This document shows, in pieces, positions 45,235 through 52,989 of a stretch of DNA of 64,000 bases; position 1 is the stretch's first letter; every line of letters starts with the position of its first letter. The DNA is taken from positions 1,495 to 65,494 of the forward strand of contig JAODNA010000160.1 in the NCBI GenBank assembly GCA_025465135.1, given 5' to 3'. Below the pieces are notes generated by a model, which was given only the letters and a program-made list of their open reading frames with translations, was not told the DNA's origin and searched no databases. The stretch comes from Frankiales bacterium (GTDB taxonomy: Bacteria; Actinomycetota; Actinomycetes; Mycobacteriales; SCTD01). Position numbers and translations under genes: made by a program.

Positions 45235-46275
45235 ATGGCGCGAAGCATCCGGCTCGGTGTGATCCCAGGTGACGGCATCGGGCCAGAGGTGACGGCCGAG
45301 GCGCTTCGCGTCCTCGAGGTCGTCACACCCGAGGAGGTCGTGTTCGAGCGCACTGATTTCGACCTCGGCGCGGCGCAGTACCACCGCACTGGTGACCCCC
45401 TGCCGGAGCAGACGCTGGATGAGCTCAGCACGCAGGACGTGCTGCTCTTCGGCGCCATCGGTGACCCGTCCGTGCCGACGGGAGTGCTCGAGCGGGGCAT
45501 GCTCCTGAAGCTGAGGTTTGCGTTCGACCAGTACGTGAACCTGCGGCCGTGCCGGCTGTTCCCAGGAGTGAGCGGCCCCCTGGCGGCGCCCGGCGACGTC
45601 GACTTCGTTGTCGTCCGGGAGGGAACCGAGGGCCCCTACGTCGGAGTGGGCGGCGCCGTTCGAAAGGGCACGCCACAGGAGATCGCGACCGAAGTCAGCG
45701 TCAACACCGACCACGGCGTGCGCCGGCTCGTGCACGAAGGGTTCCGTCGGGCGGCCGTCGCGCCGCGTCGCCGTCTCACCCTGGTGCACAAGGCGAACGT
45801 GCTGGTGCACGCCGGAGGACTGTGGCAGCGCGTGGTGAACGAGGTGTCGGCAGACTTCCCCGACGTCGAGGTGAGCTACCTGCACGTGGATGCCGCCACC
45901 ATCTTCCTGGTGACCGACCCGAGCCGGTTCGACGTGATCGTCACGGACAACCTGTTCGGCGACATCCTCACTGACCTCGCCGGCGCGATCTGCGGCGGGA
46001 TCGGAATGGCTGCCAGCGGCAACATCAACGGCGACGGCGCGGCGCCATCGATGTTCGAGCCCGTGCACGGATCCGCGCCGGACATCGCTGGGCGCGGTAT
46101 CGCTGACCCCACCGCGGCAGTGCTCTCGGTCGCGATGATGCTCGATCACGTCGGCCTGAGCGAGCCGAGCCGCCGGGTGACCGACGCCGTCGCAGCCGAC
46201 CTGCGAGAGCGCCCCGGCGGGCAGGTGAAGACCCGGGAGATCGGCGACCGAATCGTGGCGGCTCTCCTCGGCTGA
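45235..46275 (+). CDS. leuB: 3-isopropylmalate dehydrogenase
   Basis: 346-aa ORF. It is collinear with the mycobacterial-type short LeuB as I remember it: [61 protein letters not shown]. Confidence 0.9.
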   Translation: MARSIRLGVIPGDGIGPEVTAEALRVLEVVTPEEVVFERTDFDLGAAQYHRTGDPLPEQTLDELSTQDVLLFGAIGDPSVPTGVLERGMLLKLRFAFDQYVNLRPCRLFPGVSGPLAAPGDVDFVVVREGTEGPYVGVGGAVRKGTPQEIATEVSVNTDHGVRRLVHEGFRRAAVAPRRRLTLVHKANVLVHAGGLWQRVVNEVSADFPDVEVSYLHVDAATIFLVTDPSRFDVIVTDNLFGDILTDLAGAICGGIGMAASGNINGDGAAPSMFEPVHGSAPDIAGRGIADPTAAVLSVAMMLDHVGLSEPSRRVTDAVAADLRERPGGQVKTREIGDRIVAALLG

Positions 46276-46379
46276 CGCGAGAAGCGACCCCTTGGCGCGG
46301 TGCCGAGTCCGCTGTCGCCACGATGTCGATTGGTGCCGGGGCATCGTGAGCAGCCGGGGACCGTGCCTAGATTCGCGGT

Positions 46380-47420
46380 GTGCTTGTCGTCGACGTCCAC
46401 CACCACTACCTGCCACACGACGTCGTGGCCGGTCTCGAGGGCTTCGTGCCGCCCTGGGTCGACGTCTCGCGGGTCGGTGACCGGGTCCAGCTGACACGAC
46501 GGAGCGACGGCTTCGGATACGCCACCATCGAGCTTGCGCACTGGTGCGACGCCCGCCGGCAGATCGAGGCCATGGACGAGAGCGGAGTCGGTCATGCCGT
46601 GCTCTCCACGGCCTGCTTCTCCGACTGGCTCACCCCCGACTCCGCGGCCCTGTGGAACCGGGGCGTCGCGGAGGTCCTCGAGCTCTATCCCGAGCGGTTC
46701 TCGGCTCTCATCGCGGTCTGTCCCGACGACCGCACCAGCGGCGAGCAGGAGCTCGATCGATGGGGCGCCCACGCCGGCTTCGTCGGGGTCAACATGACGA
46801 CGAGCTACCGCGGCCACTACCCGGACCACCCTTCGTTGAGCTGGGTCTTCGGCGCGGCTTCCCGCCGTGATCTCACCGTCTTCCTCCACCCCAGCTGGAA
46901 CCCGCCGGAGGAGTTCGCGAAGGGCGGCATGTCGGGCTGGGACCTCGAGCGGACCCTCGGCAAGGTCACCGACCTGACCCTCGCGCTGACACGCGTCCTG
47001 TACAGCGGGTTGCTCAGCGGGCCGGCCGCACCGCGGCTGGCGGTCGCCCACCTCGGGGGGTCCCTCCCGCTGGTGCTGCGGCGGCTGTTCTTCGGACCGC
47101 CCGGCTTCGGCGACGTCCCCGTCGCGGACTTCGCCGAGCTGCTGCGCCGGGTCTGGGTGGACACCGCGCCCGGTATCTACCAGGGCGCGGAGGAGATCAG
47201 CTTTGCCGCGGACCGTCTGGGAGCGGGACAGGTCATCTTCGGCAGTGACTACCCGGTGGGCGGCTCACCCGTGGAGATGCTTCGGCTCTCGGTCGGGCAC
47301 GTCGCCGGCATCGACGACGAGACCCGGCGAGAGCAGATCTTCGCCACGAACGCGCTCGCGGCCTTCCCGGGGCTGCGGGAGCGCCTCGCCGCACCAGAAG
47401 CACGCGTGCGGGGAGTGTGA
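46380..47420 (+). CDS. Amidohydrolase_2-family metal-dependent hydrolase/decarboxylase (ACMSD/LigW/LigI-like)
   Basis: 346-aa ORF with a GTG start. N-terminal VVDVHHHYLP (HxH metal motif); TIM-barrel amidohydrolase pattern with a late GSDYP motif. Confidence 0.75.
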   Translation: MLVVDVHHHYLPHDVVAGLEGFVPPWVDVSRVGDRVQLTRRSDGFGYATIELAHWCDARRQIEAMDESGVGHAVLSTACFSDWLTPDSAALWNRGVAEVLELYPERFSALIAVCPDDRTSGEQELDRWGAHAGFVGVNMTTSYRGHYPDHPSLSWVFGAASRRDLTVFLHPSWNPPEEFAKGGMSGWDLERTLGKVTDLTLALTRVLYSGLLSGPAAPRLAVAHLGGSLPLVLRRLFFGPPGFGDVPVADFAELLRRVWVDTAPGIYQGAEEISFAADRLGAGQVIFGSDYPVGGSPVEMLRLSVGHVAGIDDETRREQIFATNALAAFPGLRERLAAPEARVRGV

Positions 47421-47755
47421 TGGTCACCGTCAACTACGTCTCGCCGGACGGCACGTCCCGGCAGCTGACGGCGGAGCCCAACGTCAGCGTCATGGAAGCG
47501 GCGGTGCGCAACGGCCTCACCGGGATCGTCGCCGAGTGCGGCGGCTCGCTTGCCTGCGCCACGTGTCACGTCTACGTCGACGAGAGCTGGCTGCTCAGAA
47601 CCGGCCGGGCCGAGGACTGCGACGACGACCTGGAGGACCAGATGCTCGAGGGCACCTCCGAGGAGCGGCGGGAGACGAGCCGGCTGTCGTGCCAGCTCGT
47701 CCTGACCGAGGAGCTCGACGGGCTCACCGTCCACCTCCCGGAGAGTCAGATATGA
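47417..47755 (+). CDS. [2Fe-2S] ferredoxin, adrenodoxin/putidaredoxin type
   Basis: 112-aa ORF. Cluster motif CGGSLACATCHV plus a distal Cys (LSCQL). Its start overlaps the upstream stop. Confidence 0.9.
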   Translation: MMVTVNYVSPDGTSRQLTAEPNVSVMEAAVRNGLTGIVAECGGSLACATCHVYVDESWLLRTGRAEDCDDDLEDQMLEGTSEERRETSRLSCQLVLTEELDGLTVHLPESQI

Positions 47756-48978
47756 GCGACGACATCCTGATCGTCGGCGCCAGCCAGGCCGGCGTGCAGC
47801 TGGCCGCTTCGTTGCGCGACCTCGGCCACACGGCGCCGATCACGCTCGTCGGCGCCGAGCGGCATCTGCCGTACCAGCGGCCGCCGCTGTCCAAGGGCTT
47901 CCTCACCGGAGCCGCCTCGGCCGAGTCGCTGGCGCTGCGGACGCGCGACTACTACCACGAGCAGCAGATCGATCTCGTCCTCGGTGAGCGCGTGACCGGC
48001 ATCGACGTGGACGGCGGCAGGGCGACCACCGACGCCGGACGCGAGATCCGCGCCAGCAGGGTGGCCCTCGCCACCGGCTCCCGCCCGCGGCGTCTCGTCG
48101 TGCCCGGCTCGGAGCTCACCGGGGTGCTGTACCTGCGGGACCTGGATGACGCGGCTGCCGTGTGCGCCGCTCTGCACACGGCCACGAGTGTGGTGATCAT
48201 CGGCGGGGGTTACATCGGGCTCGAGGCAGCCTCGGTCGCGGCAGCTTCCGGTGTTCGCACGACCCTGGTCGAAGCAGCGGGCCGCCTGATCGAACGCGTC
48301 GCCGCGCCCGTGCTTTCCTCCTTCTTCCTCCACCTTCATCAAGGGCGCGGCGTCGACGTACGGCTGAGCCGGTTCGTCACGCACATGGACGGCCATGACG
48401 GGGCTGTCACGACGGTGCACCTGGACAACGGCGAAGCCGTGGCCGCGGACCTGGTCCTCATCGGCATCGGCGTGACTCCGCGGACCGAGCTGGCCGAAGC
48501 GATGGGCCTTCAGGTGCAGGGCGGCATCGTCGTCGACCGGCAGGGGCGCACCAGCGACAGCCGGGTCGTCGCCGCGGGAGACTGCACGCTGCTGCCCCAT
48601 CCGCTTCAGCCGGACGTCATGGTCCGGCTCGAGTCGGTCCAGAACGCCGTCGAGCAGGCAAAGGTCGCGGCCGCCGCCCTGCTCGGCCGTGACGATGTCT
48701 ACGACACGGTGCCGTGGTTCTGGTCGGACCAGGGTGAGGTCAAGCTGCAGATCGCCGGGATCTCGGCCGGATACGACGCCGTGGTGGTGCGCGGGGACCC
48801 AGGAACGCGGAAGTTCAGCGTTCTCTACTACCGGCAGGGGCGGCTCATCGCGGCCGACAGCGTCAACGCGCCGGCTGACTACCTCGCGGTGCGCCGGTCG
48901 CTGACTGCGCGGGCGACGATGGAGCCGGGCGACGTGGCAGACCCGGCCGTCCCCCTGAAGTCCTTGCTTCCTACCTGA
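47752..48978 (+). CDS. FAD-dependent NAD(P)H:ferredoxin reductase (putidaredoxin-reductase type)
   Basis: ORF 47203-48978. The ATG at 47752 overlaps the ferredoxin stop (ATGA). Motifs ILIVGASQAGVQLA, RPPLSKGFL and VVIIGGGYIGLEAA, with a C-terminal dimerisation region. Confidence 0.9.
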   Translation: MSDDILIVGASQAGVQLAASLRDLGHTAPITLVGAERHLPYQRPPLSKGFLTGAASAESLALRTRDYYHEQQIDLVLGERVTGIDVDGGRATTDAGREIRASRVALATGSRPRRLVVPGSELTGVLYLRDLDDAAAVCAALHTATSVVIIGGGYIGLEAASVAAASGVRTTLVEAAGRLIERVAAPVLSSFFLHLHQGRGVDVRLSRFVTHMDGHDGAVTTVHLDNGEAVAADLVLIGIGVTPRTELAEAMGLQVQGGIVVDRQGRTSDSRVVAAGDCTLLPHPLQPDVMVRLESVQNAVEQAKVAAAALLGRDDVYDTVPWFWSDQGEVKLQIAGISAGYDAVVVRGDPGTRKFSVLYYRQGRLIAADSVNAPADYLAVRRSLTARATMEPGDVADPAVPLKSLLPT

Positions 48979-49104
48979 CGGTGGCCGGCGGGGACCGACA
49001 GACTGCCTACAGGTGACGAGGCGGAACATCGGAGGCCTCCGACTGTTGGACAGCGATGACCTGGGCGGCCGCCTCGGACGCCCGGCCGACACCGAAGGGC
49101 AAAA

Positions 49105-50622
49105 ATGTCTGCCGGCACATGTCCCGTAATGCACGACTTCGACCCCCTGGCCGACGACTACCTGCGCGATCCGTACGCCGTGCTGCAGGTAGCCCAGCGC
49201 GAGCACCCGGTCTTCTTCTCGCCCGAGCTGGACGCCTACATCGTCACGCGTTTCGCCGATGTCGAGCAGGTCTTCGCCGACAGCGAGTCGTTCAGCTCGT
49301 CCAACACCGTGTCGCCGCTCTGGCCGGTCACGGCGGAAGCGGCTGCGGTCCTGGGCAAGGCGTTCCAGCGCCTCCCGACGCTGACCAACGCCGATGGCGA
49401 GCGTCACGACAGCATGCGGCGGTTCGTGCAGAAGGCGCTGTCCCCGCGGCGGTACAAGTCGCTGCGCCCGCGGCTCGAGGCACAGGCGGCCGAGCTGATC
49501 GACCGGCTTCGGTCGCAGCCCGTTGCCGACTTCTATGCCGACGTCGCGTACCCGCTGCCTGCGATGACCGGCTTCGGGTTGCTCGGCTTCCCGGAGGAGG
49601 ACACCGAGCTGCTCAAGTCGTGGGTCTCCGACCGCCAGCAGATGACCTGGGGCAAGACCCAGCCCGAGGACCAGGTGCGGATCGCGGAGAACATCGTCGC
49701 CTTCAGCGACTACATCGAGGCGTTCATCCAGACCCGCCTGCAGAGCCCGCAGGACGACGCCGTCAGCGACCTGCTGGCGATGCACCGCGAGAAGCCTGAC
49801 GAGCTCACGCTGCTCGACATCGCCAACATCGTCTTCCTGCTCAGCGCCGGCGCACACGAGTCCACGACAGCGCTCATGACGCACTGCATCCGACGGCTCA
49901 TGGAGAACCCCGCGGAGTGGGAGCGGGTGAAGGCCGACCCCACCCTGATTCCCACGGCGGTCGAAGAGGCGCTGCGCTACGACGCCAGCTCGATCATGTG
50001 GCCGCGAAAGGCGCGGGTCGAGGTCGAGCTCGGTGGCGTCACGATCCCGGCCGGGTCCGCCGTCCTGCTCGCCCTGGGAGGGGCGAACCGCGACGAGGAG
50101 GCCTTCCCGGACGCGCAGCGTTTCGACGTCGGCCGGCCCGACTCACGGCGGCACCTGTCCTTCGGGCGCACCACGCACTTCTGCCTGGGCGCACCGCTGG
50201 CCCGCATGGAGATGGAAGTCGTGCTGCGGCTCCTCGTGGCGAAGGTCCCGAACATGACGCTCGTCGAGGACCAGGAGTTCCCGTACCAGAAGAACGTGGT
50301 CATGCGCTCGCCACAGGGCCTGCTGATCCGACCGGGTACGCCGGCCGAGTCCTCGAGCGAAGGCGCAGGCGGCGAGGCGTCGGCTCAGACGACGGCCGGC
50401 ACCGCAGCGACCAGCACGCTGGTCGCCATCGACACGGACAAGTGCCTCGCAGCGGGCGCCTGCGTGGACGCGGCCCCGGATGCGTTCGCCCTGTCCGACG
50501 AAGGCCAGTCCGTCGTCCTTCCAGGAGCGGCCGGCCGGACGCGCGAGGAGCTGCTGAAGATCGCGACGCTCTGCCCGAACGGGGCGATCGCGGTGCTCGC
50601 CGCGGGGTCGAAGACCCCGTGA
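49105..50622 (+). CDS. Cytochrome P450 fused to a C-terminal [3Fe-4S]-type ferredoxin domain
   Basis: 505-aa ORF. The P450 part carries SAGAHESTT, EEALRY and [18 protein letters not shown] Gly/Ala/Ser/Thr-rich linker (aa ~411-438) follows. The ~67-aa ferredoxin-like tail carries C-x2-A-x2-C (DKCLAAGAC) and a distal LCP motif. Confidence 0.85.
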   Translation: MSAGTCPVMHDFDPLADDYLRDPYAVLQVAQREHPVFFSPELDAYIVTRFADVEQVFADSESFSSSNTVSPLWPVTAEAAAVLGKAFQRLPTLTNADGERHDSMRRFVQKALSPRRYKSLRPRLEAQAAELIDRLRSQPVADFYADVAYPLPAMTGFGLLGFPEEDTELLKSWVSDRQQMTWGKTQPEDQVRIAENIVAFSDYIEAFIQTRLQSPQDDAVSDLLAMHREKPDELTLLDIANIVFLLSAGAHESTTALMTHCIRRLMENPAEWERVKADPTLIPTAVEEALRYDASSIMWPRKARVEVELGGVTIPAGSAVLLALGGANRDEEAFPDAQRFDVGRPDSRRHLSFGRTTHFCLGAPLARMEMEVVLRLLVAKVPNMTLVEDQEFPYQKNVVMRSPQGLLIRPGTPAESSSEGAGGEASAQTTAGTAATSTLVAIDTDKCLAAGACVDAAPDAFALSDEGQSVVLPGAAGRTREELLKIATLCPNGAIAVLAAGSKTP

Positions 50623-51017
50623 CTGCCGCCCACTTCAGCATGGACGGGGCCCAGCAGCCGACCGCTCCCGGGCGGTTCGTCACGCTCGCGGACATCGGAC
50701 CCACACCCTTCGCGGAGGGCCTGGAGTTCCAGCCGGTCGTCGGGCAGAACACGATGCTGAACTTCGTGCGCTTCGCGCCGCACGCGGAAGCGCCCGTGCA
50801 CGTGCACGCGGAGGAGCAGCTGGTCATCATCCTGGAGGGGACACTGGAGTTCCACCTGGACGGGGTCGTCCGGACGCTGGCGGTGGGTGACGTCGCCGTC
50901 GTACCGCCATGGGTCCCGCACGGGGCACACACCGACAGCGATGCGTGCTACCAGGTCGACGTCTTCAACCCGCCCCGTCAGTCGTTGCTCGCGCTCACAG
51001 AGAAGGACCCCGAATGA
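50619..51017 (+). CDS. Cupin-domain protein
   Basis: ORF 49917-51017. An in-frame GTG at 50619 overlaps the P450 stop (GTGA); an alternative ATG lies at 50640. Cupin motifs PVHVHAEEQLVIILEG and GDVAVVPPWVPHGA. Confidence 0.8.
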   Translation: MTAAHFSMDGAQQPTAPGRFVTLADIGPTPFAEGLEFQPVVGQNTMLNFVRFAPHAEAPVHVHAEEQLVIILEGTLEFHLDGVVRTLAVGDVAVVPPWVPHGAHTDSDACYQVDVFNPPRQSLLALTEKDPE

Positions 51018-51901
51018 CCGAGCAGGACCAGTTCGACCGCACCGCGCTGATGCGAGCCGACGAGATGCTGAGGACGGCGGCGCGGACGGCCGCGCACGTG
51101 CAGGCGGAGCTGAACGCAGACGTCGACGAGATCATGGGGACCATCTCGAGCGGGGACGTGCTGTGGCTGCAGTTCTTCCAGCACGGCACTGCCATCGTCA
51201 ACGACCCGGACGCTGAGATCGACTTCCGGGTGATGACCGATCACGTCGCAGCTCGCGCGTACTACGAGAAGTTCGTCGCCGAGATGATCGACCTGCACAA
51301 GGTGGTCCACGTCCGTGACGTGCTGACCGACTGGTTCGCGTTCTACGAGAGCATCATCTACGGCACGGACCTCAGGACGGGCAAGGATGTCCGCATCCGC
51401 CACGTCGTCCTGTTCCACGTGCGCGGAAGCGGTGTGGCCGGCGAGGTCATCTTCCCGCAGAACGCCGCGCGCCGGGGTCTGACGGGCGACGTCGACGTGT
51501 CCACCGACGTGCTCCTGGAGCGCTCGGGTGACCTGCTCGAACGCGTGCTGGACGCGTTCCGCCGCGGTGACGCCGACACGATCGCGAAGGCCTACCGCGC
51601 CGACGTGTACGTCGGGCTGCGCGACTTCAGCAGCGCCGGTGGCAGCCCTCTGCGGGCTGCGACGCGTGACGACGTGCAGGCCTACTACGAGCAGACCTTC
51701 CGCGACTACGAGGTCGTCAGCGTCACGGTGCTCAACCGTGTGTGCGAGGGCTGGTACGTCTTCGCCGAGCTGCTGCTCGTCCTGCGTAGCCGCAGCAGCG
51801 GCGAGGTGGTCCGTGCACGCAGCGCGAACGTCTTCGGGGTGGGCCCGGACGGCGACATCGTCGGACAGGTCAGCATCCGGACCGACCTCATCGGCGCCTA
51901 G
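51014..51901 (+). CDS. Hypothetical protein, apparently two tandem NTF2/SnoaL-like modules
   Basis: ORF 50909-51901. The ATG at 51014 overlaps the cupin stop (ATGA); 295 aa. It has two ~140-aa halves, each with a helix-then-strands pattern ending in a ...V..V...G.I... segment. Coding-type GC3 bias. The fold assignment is inference only. Confidence 0.45.
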   Translation: MTEQDQFDRTALMRADEMLRTAARTAAHVQAELNADVDEIMGTISSGDVLWLQFFQHGTAIVNDPDAEIDFRVMTDHVAARAYYEKFVAEMIDLHKVVHVRDVLTDWFAFYESIIYGTDLRTGKDVRIRHVVLFHVRGSGVAGEVIFPQNAARRGLTGDVDVSTDVLLERSGDLLERVLDAFRRGDADTIAKAYRADVYVGLRDFSSAGGSPLRAATRDDVQAYYEQTFRDYEVVSVTVLNRVCEGWYVFAELLLVLRSRSSGEVVRARSANVFGVGPDGDIVGQVSIRTDLIGA

Positions 51902-52164
51902 TCCTCCAGCAACCCCGGCGGTGCGCTCGCGAGGATCGCAAGGATGCTCTGCGCGAGCTCACGTGCCGCCGACGGATCGAGCTCGACCGCCACGCGCGCC
52001 GCCGGGCCTCGTTCGGGGTTGCGGAAGTCGATGTTGAGGGTGTGCAGGGGGGCCGCGTGCACGGGGTGGTCGAGGTAGACGGTGGCTGCGGTCAGCGGGA
52101 ACCATCCGTCAACGCCCTTGCCCGAGCCCGCGACGGCGAGCGTGGCCGTCTGGTAGGTGCACAT
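51898..52164 (-). CDS. Small conserved actinobacterial protein (resembles what I recall as DUF6295)
   Basis: ORF 51898-52392. The ATG at 52164 (MCTYQTATLAVAGSGKGVDGWFPLTAATVYLDHPVH...) gives 88 aa and shares one base with the upstream stop (TGATG). The family name comes from memory only. Confidence 0.5.
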   Translation of the reverse strand: MCTYQTATLAVAGSGKGVDGWFPLTAATVYLDHPVHAAPLHTLNIDFRNPERGPAARVAVELDPSAARELAQSILAILASAPPGLLED

Positions 52165-52919
52165 CAGCCGGCCAGGTGGGTTCGGAAGAACGACCAGATG
52201 CGCTGCCATCCCTCGTTCGCAGCCTCGACCGAGTAGCTGGGGCGGTCGACGGCGAAGAACGCATGACCGGCGCCATCGAAGGTGTGGAACTCGAACTCCT
52301 TGCCGGCGGTCGTCAGCGCCCCGGCGAGCACGGCCGTGTCCGCCGGAGCGGGGTGCTTGTCGTCGGCGCCGAACAGGCCCAGGAGCGGGCACCGCATGTC
52401 TCCCGCCAGATCCAGCAGCGGCGGCACCTTCAGGGGGAAGCCCTCGGGGGTCGGCTCGACGACGAACGCGCCGTAGCAGTCGACGGCAGCATCCAGGTCA
52501 GTACGGCAGGCGGCGAGGAAGGCCTGGCGTCCCCCCGAGCAGTAGCCGATGACGCCGACCTTGCCGTTGGAGCTCGCGAGTCCCCTCAGGTAGGCAGCGG
52601 CGCCCGCGACGTCACCCACGAGCCGGTCGTCAGGTACGCCGCCTGCTGCCCGCGCGGTCGCCGCTGCGTCGTCGGATGCCGCGCCAGGCGCCTCACGGGA
52701 GTAGAGGTTCGGGCAGAGAGCGAGGTAGCCCTGCGCCGCGAACCGGCGTGTGATCTCCAGCGTGCCGGCGTCGTACCCCGGCATGTGATGGATCACGATG
52801 ACGCCACCGCAAGCCTCCTCGCCCAGTGGCTGGGCGAGATAGGCCTCGATCTCATCGTCGTCGTGTCCGTGGATCCGGACGGTCTCGGCCCTCAGGTCAC
52901 CCAACACGCTGCTCCTCAT
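52164..52919 (-). CDS. Dienelactone hydrolase family protein
   Basis: ORF 52164-53123. The ATG at 52919 gives 251 aa. It has the nucleophile elbow with Cys (VGVIGYCSGGRQA), a DLH-type alpha/beta fold pattern and a late GAGHAF (His). Confidence 0.8.
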   Translation of the reverse strand: MRSSVLGDLRAETVRIHGHDDDEIEAYLAQPLGEEACGGVIVIHHMPGYDAGTLEITRRFAAQGYLALCPNLYSREAPGAASDDAAATARAAGGVPDDRLVGDVAGAAAYLRGLASSNGKVGVIGYCSGGRQAFLAACRTDLDAAVDCYGAFVVEPTPEGFPLKVPPLLDLAGDMRCPLLGLFGADDKHPAPADTAVLAGALTTAGKEFEFHTFDGAGHAFFAVDRPSYSVEAANEGWQRIWSFFRTHLAG

Positions 52920-52989
52920 CGACCTTGGTGGGACCGACTGCCCGCTGCACGTGATGAGCCTAGTCAGCCGATGAGCTGCTGCAGTCCCG

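Noticed and set aside
45235-46275. leuB as a catabolic paralog (tartrate or D-malate dehydrogenase) belonging to the neighbouring operons
   Set aside because: It is collinear with the mycobacterial-type LeuB as I recall it. It has its own 136-bp upstream and 104-bp downstream intergenic regions and is not translationally coupled to its neighbours.
49030-49075. GC-rich palindromes CGGAGGCCTCCG (49030-49041) and GGCGGCCGCC (slightly further downstream in the same gap), considered as a terminator between FdR and the P450 fusion
   Set aside because: The stems would be only 4-5 bp with minimal or no loop and no U-tract, which is too weak to call a terminator. They may be incidental in GC-rich DNA.
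47746-49884. 712-aa minus-strand ORF antisense to the ferredoxin reductase and P450 genes. Similar long antisense ORFs occur at 27464-28864, 33254-34909, 45103-46497 and 56903-58594.
   Set aside because: No domain motifs and a biased composition. All of them overlap well-supported genes on the other strand.
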